Positions 14,147 through 28,339 are shown, counted from the stretch's first letter. The stretch: 64,000 nucleotides of DNA from the human T2T-CHM13v2.0 reference genome, Homo sapiens (GCF_009914755.1 NC_060928.1); one strand, 5' to 3'. Numbers and translations are program-made. The notes: generated by a model not told the origin, from the letters alone.

Positions 14147-15166
14147 TGTAGAATGAAATCAAGCAGAACGCTACTCTGACTATCTCAATTTATATATTTT
14201 CTAAAAACAAAATTTGACATTTGCATGGTAATCTTTCAGCAAATTTGGCAGAAAAAAAACCCAATTCAAATATTTCAAAAGAATTCCACCTGTTCTTTTA
14301 AAAAGTTATTGGAGACCCATCAATGACAAAAAATACCTTTCAAGCTCTCCCTCAAACAGTGTCACATTTACCAGGTGACATTTTCTTCTACTTCACATAA
14401 CTTATCTGACACAGGAGCATATCAGCAATATACTACAGGGAAGATAATTGGAATCAAGAAAGCTAATCCACCTTTCTGCTTCAACTGTCAGAGAAAAAAA
14501 ATTGAAGTCGCAGCAAATACTTTTAAAAGCACAAGAGTAGAATGTCAATTTCCTGACTCAGCAACCCAAACAAAAATGACAAATCTATTCACAAAGCCGG
14601 AAGAATCTGCCACATCTGGTATTCAGTGGCATAATGTGCTTTCATAGCTAACTTGAATGGAAGTTATAGGAAAGAAAGATGTGACAATCCCTTTGCCCCA
14701 GCCTCCATGTAAGGATATCATACGTGCATAAGGGGATACTGCCCAATAAATTCAGCTGAGTTAAAGTGTTAAACTAGTACTTTGGTCTAACAGACCAAAA
14801 GTTTCACAAAAGTAATTCTAAATGCAAGAAAGGACAATGATTTCCATAATACTTGTAGAAAATGATGTCACCTGGCCACAAAGTTAATTGGAAAGCAAAA
14901 TGGACCCAGGTAAATCTTAACACACTGGTATTCACACACCCCCATCTTCCTTATGCCTGGAAGCAGATTCCTAAGCATTGGGCACAAACACATATGCTGA
15001 TTTTAGAAATTCACCTGCTTGTAAGAAAAAAAAAAAGCTGACTTGATAAATACATTGTTCTTATTTATGTCGTATCAGGAAGTGGATCTTTGAAGTTATT
15101 TTGCCAAGGACAATTTTCGCAAGGTATCCCTGTCTTTCTGCTTGTTTCCCTCCCGCTCACGTGTGA

Positions 15167-15207
15167 TCTCTCTCTCTCTCTTTTTCTCTCTCTGTCTCTC
15201 TGTCTCT
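15167..15207. repeat. (CT)n-rich microsatellite
   Basis: TCTCTCTCTCTCTC..CTCTCTCTGTCTCTCTGTCTCT. Confidence 0.8.
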
Positions 15208-15620
15208 TTCCTTGTTTCTTTCTAGGACGTCTCTGACTTAGGAGCATCTACCAACCTTACCAAGATGTTGCACATGATTTCCAAAATCTGAAGGGTCATC
15301 TCTCCTGGGAGAGAAATGTCTAAATATCCCCTAGGCCAACAGCCATGGTATGAAGCAATTCCTTTCTTCAAGGTGGCAGCAAATTGATGGGGTAGTGAGA
15401 CCAGCAACCAGCTAGGCACAGGGAAAGGCCGCCCCCCTGCTCCACCCCAGTGCTTGCCACCTCCTACTCAGCGGAGGAAGGGGAACTGTCTTTGGATTCC
15501 AAGGCTGATTTCCAAAAAAGTCCAGAAATTAAATAAAATAGAAAGTTCAAATTCCTTTATTTTTGATTTTCTACTTTTATACTAAAGCATTTAGAGGGGA
15601 AATAACATCTAGGAAAATGA

Positions 15621-15939
<319 letters not shown>

Positions 15940-16439
15940 AAATTTAATATTTTATAGGCTGGGTTCAGAATCCTGTCTCCCATCAAGATGGTAACCTATT
16001 ATCACACTTGTGGAAAACGCCTGAGGCATGAGTGATTGCAGACTAATTCACAGTCTGTCACATCGTACTACTTGTCATATACCAATATAAACAGATACCA
16101 TATTTTTGTCACTAATAAACATGTTTTTGTTATGAAGGCTTTAATGTAATTAATTCTACCTGTAACTTCAAGCCCAAGAAAGTAATTTTTGATATTTGCC
16201 TACAAATATCATGAATAGTAAATAAGCCTGCCCTCTCCCGCCCTTTAAACTTTAAACCACCCTCGTCAACAGTCTTAGCTACTACATTTTTGCAAAATTC
16301 CCTTATGACAGGTTCCAACGTTGCTCCACAAGAGTTTCATTGTTTCTTTTCTTTCTTCTTTTACAAGCAAATATCTATGGATTTCCCACTAAGGTGAATG
16401 CATTACACTCAGAACTGGGGAGACAATACTTAACACAGA

Positions 16440-16700
16440 GATAGTTCTCCGTCTTAGCATCTAGAAAGGACAATCACAGGCAATGTAAGTTAGTGTGATA
16501 AATGTTATGCTGGGGGTGAACAGGTGCTGATGGAGAACTTGTGAAGGATACCTGATCAGGATTAAGGGAGTCAGCGAAAGCTCCCTGTAAGATGCGGTGA
16601 ACTTTAAAATAGAAGGTGGAGGGTAATCAAGAGTCATCCCGGCAAAGAAGGGCTTGTGGTTGGAGGTAGAGTGTGAAGAGTGGGGAGTTGTGAAAAAATG
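16440..16700. mobile_element. L2 fragment (continues ~17990-19000)
   Basis: Diverged L2-like motifs such as GGGAGTCAGCGAAAGCTCCCTG. Confidence 0.5.
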
Positions 16701-16710
16701 GGGTTGGTGA

Positions 16711-17860
16711 TGTTGGGGCTCAGAAAACGGTACCAAAATTGTGTTACCAGCAGGTCTTTGTTCTTAGAGCTCCCAAGATGGTGGGGGGGCCGCTCCCAAG
16801 ATGGCACAAGCCTTTTGTTCCCTGACCTGGGGTTCTTGGCCTCACGGATTCCAGGGAATGGAACGTTGGGCCATGAGGTGAGTTGTTATAGCTCTATTAG
16901 AAGCCGTGGGTCACAGAAGAGAACCGTGGAACCCAGCGACTAGCGTTCAGCTCAATTAGGATGAACCTGGGCACTTAGCCGCGCAGCAACAATGGCGAGC
17001 CTCTAGCCCGACCGGGAGCGGCAACGGGCGCCTCGCTGGATCAGGAGCACAGCAGGCACCGGGCTGGATCTGGAGGGTGGAAGTCAGTGGCGGGTCTGCG
17101 ACGGCAGCAATCAGCAGTGGCGGACGGTGAGTGAAAGCTCAGCTCGAGCCAGAACAAACACGGACCAGAAGAGCGCGCAGTTGCAAGATATAATAGAGTG
17201 AAAACAGAGCTCCCATACAAGGGGAGGGGACCCAAAGGGGGTTGCCACACCGGATCCAATGCCTGGGTTTATATCCCGGTCATTGTCTCTCCCTGTGCTC
17301 TCAGGCGATAGATGATTGAGTATTTCTTTACCTCCTGCTTTTAGCCTAATTGGTATTTTAGTGAGCTGTCTTTACTTCCTGATTGGTCAGGTGTGAGCTG
17401 AGTTACAAGCCCTGTGTTTAAAAGCGGGTGCGGTCACCTTCCCCAGCTAGGCTTAGGAATTCTTAGTCGGCCTAGGAAATCCAGCTAGTCCTGTCTCTCA
17501 ATTAGAAGGCCTCAGCAGCAAACGTTTTCTCTGACCTTCTCCTGCCCTCCTGTCCTCTTATTGCATTCCCTACCAAGGCTAGCCACAGAAACTTAGACCC
17601 ATCCACAGGGTGTATCTTAGAAACCAGAATTTCTTTTCCCCAAAGCCAATAATAAGACCTAAACATACTACTCTTAATTTGCCTTCCTCTCTATCCGTGT
17701 AAAACCGATCATAAAAAAATTATCTGATCTACCTTGTAAAAGCCTCATTCCAAAGAGGGTCCTGCCCCACACCCAGAAGGAAGGAAAGCTGCACAGAGAG
17801 GCCAAGAAGAATCTAAACAGAAAGGTCTTGCAGGGTGACCCCACCCAGTCTATTAGCAAG
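16711..17860 (+). mobile_element. MER31-like LTR, split by an LTR17 insertion
   Basis: TGTTGGGGCTCAGAAAACG at 16711 resumes after 17500 as GAAGGCCTCAG...TTTTCTCTGACCTTCTCCTGCCCTCCTG...GAGGGTCCTGCCCCA. Confidence 0.72.
16742..17500 (-). mobile_element. Solo LTR17 (HERV-W)
   Basis: Minus strand begins TGAGAGACAGGACTAGCTGGATTTCCTAGGCCGACTAAGAA and ends GGTAACA; ~760 bp; TSD ATTG/ATTA. Confidence 0.92.
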
Positions 17861-17989
17861 GTCCAATGAACTTTCCCCTTAGCCCCTACAGCGATGTCAG
17901 CAAAGTCCACATCATGTCACATTCTCAAACTACATGAAGGATTAGTAGGATCCTAGGACCAATGTAATAACTAAAAAATTAGATGAATT

Positions 17990-19000
17990 ACATTTGGGTT
18001 ATAATAACATTACTCTGGCTGGAGTTTAGAGAATGGATCAGAGAAGAGCCTTAGACTAGGGGTAAGAAAATCAGTTAGGTAGCTGCTGGGATAATCTACA
18101 TGGGAGGAAACGGTGGCCAACCTACAGAATCACTGGCGAGGATGGTGAGAAATAGATGGATTTGGAATATATTGGAAGTACAGTGAACTCCATGATTGAT
18201 TCTGTTTGAGTAAATGAGTGTTGAAGTTCTTGAATAGCTGGATGGATGCTATTGCCATTGCCTGAGACAGAAAACACAGTAGAAGGAACACATTTTTTGA
18301 GAAACATGAGTTCAAGTTGTACCTGATGAGTTTGATGATAATTGCGGGATATCCCAGTGGAACTTTCCAGTAGGCACGTGGGTCTATGAGACCAAACTTT
18401 CAGCGAGAGATGGAGCGTGATGGCAGGAGAAGCAGATGTGGGACTCATCACTTCCTAAAGACGACATAGAGCCATAGGGGTCAATGAGACAGCCCAGGGA
18501 GGGTGTGGAAGACGATAGGGCCTAGGACAGAGCTTCGAGGAAGGCAGACATTCAAGATTAGGCACAAGAAGGGAAGTCATAGAAGCATACAGAGGAGCAG
18601 AAGCAATTCTTCTTAAGCTTTGAATCCCACCCTCTTCCCCAGGTCGCTCACGCCATCCATTATTCCTTCTCTACTCTGAATTTTTAATTTTTCCCTTTCT
18701 ACTGGATTCTCCTCATAGGCTTTGACCACACTCAGGTTCCTCTCATCTTAAGGAAAAGCAGCCAGCCTTTGACTCCACCCACTTCCCTCCATGTATTGGC
18801 CTATCCTCTCCTCAAAGGCAACTTCAGTAAATTACTCAAGTGATTTTTATTTACTCTCTCTCTTGCCCCACCTACAGTCATATTTAGCTCACTCTATCTG
18901 GCTTCTGCTCTAAGTATATTCTAGAAACAATCCCCATTAAAGTCATGAATGATTTCTGTGTCTCTAAATTCAACAGATATTATTCATTCCTTAACACTTC
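17990..19000. mobile_element. L2 fragments (two orientations)
   Basis: Diverged L2 ORF2/3' motifs such as TATCTGGCTTCTGCTC...AAAGTCATGAATGATTTC. Confidence 0.5.
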
Positions 19001-19003
19001 ATC

Positions 19004-19358
<355 letters not shown>

Positions 19359-19388
19359 TGAAATACATCCTGTTTTCCTTTGGACAGG

Positions 19389-20081
19389 TGTAAGGACAAA
19401 CACAATTTGAAAATAAGAGGCTTGACTGTCCCTGATGACAATTAAGAGAAGAGATCTTTCTACCCCACCTCCTTTATCTCAGGACACTTACTTTAGAATT
19501 AAACTCCTGAGTACCTTTTCCTGTTTTGAAATGTATATAAATCCCTGGAAGATTAATAGGCCTTTTGTCAGCTTTATGACCTAGGGAATGTCTTTCTCAA
19601 AGAACTGGGAGCCCTCTCTTTGCAATGTAAACATCTGGGGAGATAGAAACACTGTCTCCCAGTTTCTGTGTTAAGGTAGGGGCCTACATTTAGTGAGTGC
19701 CTCTCTCCAAGTTGGAAAATGACCTTCTGTCATAAAGATATGAGAAGTTTGTTTTCCCTCTAGACCATGCCATATTTACCCATCACACATGCTCATCCCA
19801 ATTACCAGATGAAGTGAGGGTGAGCTATAAGTGACAAATGGTGCTGGTAAGTCCTCTAACTCTAGGACTAGTTATTGTTTAACTTGAGAATGAGAATCGG
19901 TTGTGTCTGCTTGGCTATAGAAAAGGCTGAGATTTCTTTTTGTCTTTTCAATTTCTTAGCAGATCGCCTGTGAGGCTTGCTTGCTCAATACTTTTTAAAA
20001 ATGTTTTCTTTCTCTTCTTCCTTTGTGGAGAGGATTTCTGAGTTGCAAGAAGGTTTTGTTTTAAATTATATTTCCCCTACA
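19389..20081 (+). mobile_element. Solo LTR, MER39-like (ERV1)
   Basis: TG...CA ends, TSD CAGG/CTGG; CTGTCATAAAGATATGAGAAGTTT and GTGACAAATGGTGCTG match the recalled MER39 consensus. Confidence 0.7.
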
Positions 20082-20169
20082 CTGGTTGTCACCAACAGAA
20101 TGTCACCATTTTCCATTCTGTGTAATATTATCTTTCTGTCTACCGACCATTTTTTTTTAACACACTGCA

Positions 20170-20710
20170 GCATGATTTTTCAAATGTGAACGTGACTACA
20201 TCAAAGCCCAGGTCCATCTCTTTCCCCTTACTACTTATTTAAAATACTACAGTGATCTTAGCATTAAAATTACAACCAGTAATACAGTTTGAGCAGGCCT
20301 ACAATCTCGGGCTTTATCTTGTACCCTTCTTGTCTCTAGCCACACTAACCTTCTAGTTTCTCAAATGTGCCGCACTCCTTCAGTCTAAACAAGTCTCCCC
20401 TCTTCAGCACCCCCAGCTCATTTTGCTTAATTAACTCTATTTTACCGTTAGAATCTCAGCTCATGTATCCCATCTTGAAGGGAAGCTTAGCTCTCACAAA
20501 AGCAAGGTCAGATTTTCCTGGTATAGTTATCACAGCTCTGTACACAATTTTTTTTTGATAATCCTATTGCAGATTGTTTTGTGAAATTATTTGCTGTCTT
20601 CTCCATTTGACTATAAGCTCCAAGAGGGCAGGGTCTTTATCTGTTTTAACTTACCGTTGCTTCTCCGTGGCCTAATACAGTGCCTGGCATATGGTAGGAG
20701 TTCAAGAAAA
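20170..20710. mobile_element. L2 3' end
   Basis: GACTATAAGCTCCAAGAGGGCAGGG...CCTAATACAGTGCCTGGCATATGGTAGG. Confidence 0.7.
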
Positions 20711-20980
20711 GCTCCATTCATCCTGCTCCTCATTGGAACAAAATGTTGCCATGCTATGCAATAAATGAGAAAAAATTTCAGGAAGTTCAATGTTAATTTT
20801 TTTCAGTTGTTAGCTTCCTTTCGAATCAACTATAAAGGTATGTAGTTAAGAAATCTACTATTTTATTAAAGGTGTTTCTTATGGATTCCATTTGCAAAGT
20901 CAGTATTGACTTTTGACTTAGATTACTGCTGTTTATTGATTACTGTGTAACTAATTAACCCAAAACTTGGTAGTTTGAAA

Positions 20981-21320
20981 CAGGAGTTGACGAACTTTTT
21001 CTGGGAGTTGACAAACTTTTTCTGTAAAGAGTCATATAGTAAATATTTTAGAGATCTCTGTTGCAACTACTTCACTCTGTCATCGTAGTACAAAAGCAGC
21101 CAACAACGGTACACAAAAAAATAGGTGTGGCTGTGCTCCAATACAGCTGTACCAATGGACACTGCAATTTCCATTTCAGATGATTTTATTATGTCACAGA
21201 TATTATTGCTATTTTGATTCTTTTTGCAACCTTTCAATAATGTAGGACTCATTCTCAGCTCACAGGCTATACAGAAACAGGCCATAGCCTAGATTTGACC
21301 CATAGGCCATAGTTTGCCAA
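20981..21320. mobile_element. MER58 (hAT-Charlie MITE) inserted in a MLT1-like LTR remnant
   Basis: CAAACTTTTTCTGTAAAG...GTAAATATTTT...CCATAGTTTGCCAAC; 21-bp tandem duplication at the left end. Confidence 0.75.
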
Positions 21321-21468
21321 CAATAATATTTTTATTATCTTTGACTCTTTGGGGGTTAAGGATTAAGACAGATCATAGCAGGTTGATTCTCCTGCTCGTC
21401 TTGATATTGACAGAGGCCAGTTGGTAGTATTCGTCTTTGGATGTGTTGGCCTGGCGAGTGTAAGAAAG

Positions 21469-21525
21469 CTTTTTTTTTTTTTCTTAGATGGAGTCTCACT
21501 CTGTCACCCAGGCTGGAGTGCGGTG
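21469..21525 (-). mobile_element. Short Alu 3' fragment
   Basis: Poly-T then AGATGGAGTCTCACTCTGTCACCCAGGCTGGAGTGCGGTG. Confidence 0.85.
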
Positions 21526-23281
21526 CTACAGCAGCTTTATTCGTATTTCTGGCACCTTGGTGGGAGTGCTGGAAAGGCTGAGCTCAGCTGGGATTGTGAC
21601 TCCAATTTCTGGACTTTCAGAGAGACTGGAGATTACCAATATACATTTTGATAGAGGGTATGATCTTTTCCACATGTAAAATGAGTCAGGTTTGGAGAGG
21701 AAGGAATGATACTTATGAGCATTAACAAAGTACAATGGTGTAGTGGTGTAAGTTCTTCGGTTTCCTCATAAGAAAGTGCTTATGCTAATGCACACCGTCA
21801 GGTTTTGTAGCACTGTTCGCTTTTCATCTCATCATTTTCTTCTTTTTTCTTCATCCTTCAATTGCCTTTCCTTTTCAGTTCAAAACAAGCCTGCAGAGTA
21901 AATGCTGAAGCATAATCCTGTATTAATTTATGGGCCATGGTGTGGCTTACTAGAAATGAAATGCTCTGGTCCCATGAAATCCTAATCACTTTCACAGCCA
22001 GCAGGTGCCAGAGTTAAAGCATTTCCAGTGAAGTGAACAAGAACATTAAATAAAACCCATGCTCAGGACTGGATGCATTTAAGTCAGGAAGAGGAAAGTA
22101 CTGTGTTACTGATCAAAGTCTGGCCCAGGGAGGCAACTCTATTTGGCTTTAACTCAGTGGGAAAGGCAGTAACTTCAAATCCATGGTCAGTTCAATTCAA
22201 TTTATGAGAGACTTACCCAGTTATTTCTGTATTGCATGGCAAGCAGCGAGGCTCTGAGCTGGCTTATGAAAGATCTCCCAGGTGAAAGAGATATAGAAAA
22301 ATTGCCCCCCATGCAAGTTCTTTCAACTATCCCTGACCCTTTGAGCCATTCTGTGGAAGTAGATCAGAATCTCAAGGGAAGGGGGAAGGCATCTGTGTTT
22401 GGAATGGACAGTCCTGGTCCCATTCCCTGGTGAAAATTTCTCTCTCATGTGGCACAAGTGGTGGGAAAAGCCCTCTCTATTAACTACTGACTAGGAGTTG
22501 CCAAAAGAAAAGCAGGTTTGGGGGAAACCCCAACTTATATGTGCTGAGATTAATGAATGAACTTCCTGAATAGACAAGTGACTGAGAATAATTTTCTAAA
22601 GTGTACATACAATAGATATAAAGATATCTTTAAAGACATTGTAAGTCCAAAAGATGCTGAATAAGGGATAATTTAAAAATAATATGATTAAGGTTAATTC
22701 TGATGATTGATTATGTCAACCAAAACAGGTTCTCAGAGCTGACAAACACTTTCCATATATCTTAAACAGCAGAGGGCTGTTATAGCCAATAGAATGGTGA
22801 AGAGAAATAGAATGATAAGCCAAAAACTACAGACAATCAGAAAATTGTTGATGCAGTATTAGATTTGGAATATCTGATATGAACACCGTGGCAGAATATG
22901 TATCTTCTTAATGATATTTAACTTACAAAAATATTAGAATCAGCTTGCTTTCCCTGCGTTCTACTTATGATGTCATGCAGAATATTGCCCAGGTTTTGAT
23001 TTTGACAGTAGTCCTAATTTTGAATGCCAGTTTTATCTAAAAAATGATTTTATAACCGATTAAAATAGCTTGGGTAATGTGTAAGCATAATAGCATAAAA
23101 ATTTTTAGAATTAAATTAAAGTTACTAACATTGTCTTCATTTTCACTTCTAAGTTTAATACAATACAGGCATACCTCAGAGATATTGCGGGTTTAGTTCC
23201 AGACCAACACAACAAAGCAAATATTGCAATAAACTTAATCACACAATTTTTTTTGGTTTCCCACTGCATATAAAAGTTATA

Positions 23282-23436
23282 GGCCAGGTACAGTTGCTCA
23301 TGCCTGTAATCTCAGCACTTTGGAAAGCAGAGACAGAGGGATCACTTGAGCCTGAGAGGTTGAGGCTACAGTGAACCATGGTCATGCCACTGCACTCCAA
23401 CTTGGGCAACAGAGTGAGAACCTGTCTCAAAAAAAT
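23282..23436 (+). mobile_element. Alu monomer (FLAM/FRAM-like) inside Tigger1
   Basis: GGCCAGGTACAG...GGGCAACAGAGTGAGAACCTGTCTCAAAAAAAA. Confidence 0.85.
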
Positions 23437-23518
23437 TATGTTTACACTATGCTGTAGTCTATTAGGTGTGCAATAGCATGATGTCTAAAAAAATAGTGTA
23501 TATAACAATTTAAAAATA

Positions 23519-23800
23519 GGCCAGGTGTGGTGGCTCATGCCTGTAATCCTGACATTTTGGGAAGCCAAGCCTGGAAGATTTTGCTGGAGGCCAGGAGTTT
23601 GAGACCAGCCTAAGCAACTGAGTAAGACCCCCATCTCTACAAAAATAAATAATGATTAACTGGGTGTGGTGGTGGGCACCTGCAGTCTTAGCTACTCAGG
23701 AGACTGAGGCGGGAGGATTGCTTGAGGCCAGGAGTTTGAGACCAGTCTGGGCAACATAGTGAGACCTCTTTTCTACCATAAAGTAAAATAAAATAAAAAT
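23519..23800 (+). mobile_element. AluJ-like inside Tigger1; right arm ends in left-arm-type sequence
   Basis: GAGGCCAGGAGTTTGAGACCAG occurs in both arms. Confidence 0.85.
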
Positions 23801-26058
23801 ACTTTATTGCTAAAAAATGCTAAAAATCATTTGAATTGTCAGCAAGTTATAATCTTTTTGCTAGTAGAGGGTCTTGCCTCGATATTGATGGCTGTTGACC
23901 GATCAGGGTCGTGGTGGTTACTGAAGGTTGGGGTGCCTGTGGCAATTTCTTCAAATAAGACAACAATGAAATTTGCCATATCGATTGACTCTTCCTCTCA
24001 TGAAATATTTTTCTGTAGCATGCAATACTGGTTGATAGCATTATACTCACAGTAGAAATTTTCAAAATTGGAGTTAATCCTCTCAAATCCTGTCACTCCT
24101 TTAACAAATAAGTTTATGGAATATTCTAAATTCCTTGTTGTCATTTCAACAATGTTCACATAATCACCAAGAGTTGATGTCATCTCAGGAAACTACTTTT
24201 TTGCTCATCCCTAAGAAGCAACTTCTCATCTGTTAATGTTTTATCATGAAATTTTAGCAATGCAGTCACATCATCAGGCTTCACTTCTAATTCTAGTTCT
24301 TTTGCTATTTCTACCACATCTGCTGTTACTTTCCCCACTGGAGTCTCAAACCCCTCAAAGTCATCCATGAGAGCTCGAATTAACTTCTTTCAAGCTCCTG
24401 TTATGTTGATACTTGACCCCCTCTCATGAATCATGAATGTTCTCAATGGGATCTAGAATGGTGAATCTTTCCTGAAAGGTTTTCAATTTACTTTGCCTAG
24501 ACCCATCAGAGGAATCACTGTCTATGACAGCTATAACCTTATGAAATCTATTTCTTAAACAATTAAACTTGGAAGTCAAAATTACTCCTTGATTTATGGA
24601 CTGCAGAATAAATATTGTGTTAGCAGGCAAGAAAACATTAATCTCCTTGTACCTCTCCATCCGAGCTTTTGGATGACCACATGCATTTTCAGTGAACAGT
24701 AATATCTTGAAAGGGATCCTTCTTTTCTGAGCAGTAGGTCTCAACAGTGGGGTTAAAATATTCAGTAAAGTGGGCTTAAAATATGCTATAAACAATGTAA
24801 AAAAAGTGGGCTTAACATATGCTGCAAAATAAGTAGATATGCTGTCATCCAGGTTTTGTTGTTCCATTTATAGAGCACAGGCAGAGTAGATTTAGTATAA
24901 TTCTTAAGGGCCCTATGGTTTTTGAAATGATAAATGAACATTGGCTTTAACTTCAAGTCACCAGCTGCATTAGCCCCTAATAAGAGTCAGCCTGTCCTTT
25001 GAAACTTTGAAACCAAGCCTTGACTTCTCCTCTCTAGCTAAGAAAGTACTAGATAGCATCTTCTTTCAATAAAGGCTGTTTCATCTACCTTGAAAATCTG
25101 TTGTTTAGTGTAACCATCTTTACCAATTATCTTAGCTAGTTCTTCTGGATAACTTGCTGTAGCTTCTACCTCAGCACTTACCACTTCATCTTGTACTTCT
25201 ATGTTATGGAGACAGCTTCTTTCCTTAAACCTCTGATGGCTTCCAAGTTTTCTTCTCCTGCTTTCTTACCTCTCTCAGCCTTTATAAAATTGAAGAGAAC
25301 TAGGGCCTTTCTCTGGATTAGGCTTTGACTTAAGGGAATGTTACGGCTGGTTTGATCTCCTATCCAGACCACTCACACTTTCTGCGTATCAACAATAATG
25401 CTGTTTCTCTCTTTTATCTTTTGTGTGTTCGCTGGAGTAGCACTTTTAATTTCCTTCAAGAACTTTTCCTTTGCATTCATAACTTGGCTAATTGTTTGGC
25501 ACAAGAGGTCTGGCTTTTGACCTATTTTGGTTTTCAACGTTGCCTTCCTCACTAAGCTTAATCATTTCTAGCTTTTTATCTAAAGTGAGAGGCATGTGAC
25601 TCTCTTTCACTTGAACACTTAGAGGCCATTATAGGTTGTTAATTGGCCTAATTTCAATATTGTTTTGTCTCGAGGAACAGGGAGGCTGGAGGAGAAGAGA
25701 GATGGGAGAATGGCCGGAGGGTGAAGCAGTCAGAACACACACACATGTATCGACTAAGTTTGCTGTCTTATATGTGCACAGTTGGTGGTGCCCTAAAACA
25801 ATTGCAGTGGTAACTTCAAAGATCACTGATCACAGAGCACCATAACTAGATAAAATAATAATGAAAAAGTTTGAAATATTGTGAGAATTAACAAATTGTG
25901 ACATAGAGAAACAAAGTGAACACATGCTGTTGGAAAAATGGACTGATAGACTTGCTATCAATGCAAGGTTGCCACAAAACTTCAGTTTATAAAATATGCA
26001 ATATCTGCAAAGAATAATAAAATAAAGCACAATAAAATGAGATATCCCTGTATTTAGA

Positions 26059-26368
26059 ATTTTTTTTTTTTTTTTTTTTTTTTTTTAGAGATAAGGCCTC
26101 ACTCTGTCACCCAAGCTTGAGTGCAGTGGTACAATCATAGATCATTGCAGCCTCCTGAGCTCAAGCAATCCTCCCATCTCAGCCTCCAGAGTAGCTGATA
26201 CTACAGGCATGTACCTCCATACCAGGCTATTTTTAATTTTTTTTTTTTTGTAGAGCTGAGGTCTTGCTATGTTGCCTAGGCTGGTCTTGAACTCCTAGCC
26301 TCAAGTGATCCTCCCACCTTAGCCTTCCAAAATGTTGGAATTACAGGTGTGGATCACCACACCTAACC
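26059..26368 (-). mobile_element. AluJ
   Basis: Long poly-T; GGTCTTGCTATGTTGCCTAGG and GATCCTCCCACC diagnostics. Confidence 0.88.
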
Positions 26369-26576
26369 AGAATTACTTTTTCATTACAAACGTAGTAACA
26401 GTCACAGTAGTCAGTGTGGCAATCCAAGGATGCATGTAGCAAAATCTACAAAACGCATATTCATGCTGTGATATGAGCATTGAGAAAGAATTGAGAAGCT
26501 ACTCATAAGTGTGGGCTAGGAATGGAAGAAGTGGGTCTGAGGATACTTTGAACTAGGCCAATATATCAATATATAG

Positions 26577-26886
<310 letters not shown>

Positions 26887-28074
26887 TTGAGACGAATTTA
26901 TGGGTTAGACAATAACCTAGGGAGGAGGGAAAAAAGGAGGAAATGTTGTTGATGTGACAAGTGGGTGGTTGTGTGTGTTTATGTGTATTTTTCTATACTG
27001 GGTAATAAAAATATTGCCTAGATTTATAAGATGACAGAAGGAAACCCTTCAGAGGCTCTTGAATTTGATCCTTCTGTAAATCTATGTCCTGAAAGAATAG
27101 CTACAAGAGTATTTTATAAGCAAAGATCTCCAATCCCCTTTCTTCTTTCAGCAAGTTTTGTCATAATCATGACACAAATAATTCAGTTTTAAAAAACAAA
27201 GCTGTTCTAGAAAATGACTGTTAATGGAGCACTTGAAGCATATTCGGACTCAACAAGCCAAGTTCAAATAGTATTTGTGGGCATGAGAACATGGTTTGTT
27301 TTTATCTGCACCCAGACATTCTATCCCTGGAAAAGTTTTGTGCCATGATTTTTTAAAAGAAATACTGTCTAGAGCTTTGACAGTGCTCTCTGCTGATAAT
27401 CCTTAACCAATTAAATAGGACCCACCAGAGACCTTGTTCATAAAAGATTTGCAGAAAAGTCACAATGTAGTTGAATTCAAAATGAAGAGTGTAAGATAAG
27501 TGAGCAATTTTTGAATAATAACATATTCAGTAAAAGATAAAACATATCACCTCGAAATACAATGGAACAACATTAAAGTAGATATCTTGGGAGACATTTC
27601 TCTCCCCTAACAACTCTTTAGAATAAACAGATTTCTTTAGGGTTACTTTGAAAGACTGTAACACTTAAAAGGTAATTGGGTCAACAATCTTGTTTTGAGA
27701 CAACACTCTAGGGATGCACTCAACTTGCCTCCAAGCAACAGCATCATTTTGATAATTTGAAGAACAAAAATGTTAGTTTGATGGTCTCTAGCTGAACTGA
27801 CACTCATAGAGAAAGAAACTAGTTTGTTTATTTCTAAGGGATATTGCATATCAAGACCTGAATTAATACCATGTGTTGACACACAATAACTACTGGTTTC
27901 CAGAATAGGATGTCACTTTTGCAAGATTTTGTACTTTGTTTATTTTCTTCTTAAGTTAGGGACAACAGCAGTAGGAAATAAGGTCTACAGAAGGAAATGG
28001 GAGCCATAGAATTATAGAATATGGATTCTGCAGGAGAGAGCAGGCAAGGGAGGAGAATTAGAATACATTAAATT

Positions 28075-28275
28075 CCTATTGTATGCCAGGCACTCTGGTA
28101 GGTGCTTCATAATTTATCATTGCTGTATTAGTCTTATAAAGCACGTATTCATGTCTCTCATTTGGCAGATGTGAAAAAGGCTCAGAGAAGTCAAGTACTT
28201 TCTCCAATGCCACGTGGATAACGTGGTAGCAGAAAAAGAGTTCTAATTTAGGGCTGTCAGGTTCCAATGTTATTG
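28075..28275. mobile_element. MIR
   Basis: GTATGCCAGGCACT...CAGATGTGAAAAAGGCTCAGAGAAGTCAAGTACTT. Confidence 0.7.
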
Positions 28276-28339
28276 TTCTTTCTAATTGAAGGCTGACTCA
28301 GGAAAAGAACTAGATATCATCTAGCTCTTTTCTAATTCT

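Larger units (their letters stand above)
23166..26050 (-). mobile_element. Full-length Tigger1 DNA transposon (pogo/TcMar), transposase inactivated
   Basis: TIRs CAGGCATACCTC.../...GAGATATCCCTG with TA on both sides. ORF fragments [16 protein letters not shown] and [18 protein letters not shown] are DDE_1-like. Length is ~2.45 kb after removing two Alu inserts. Confidence 0.92.

Noticed and set aside
23998-24867. Transposase-like ORFs as a domesticated TIGD-type gene
   Set aside because: Split across frames by stops and frameshifts, with degenerate catalytic motifs; an ordinary Tigger1 fossil.
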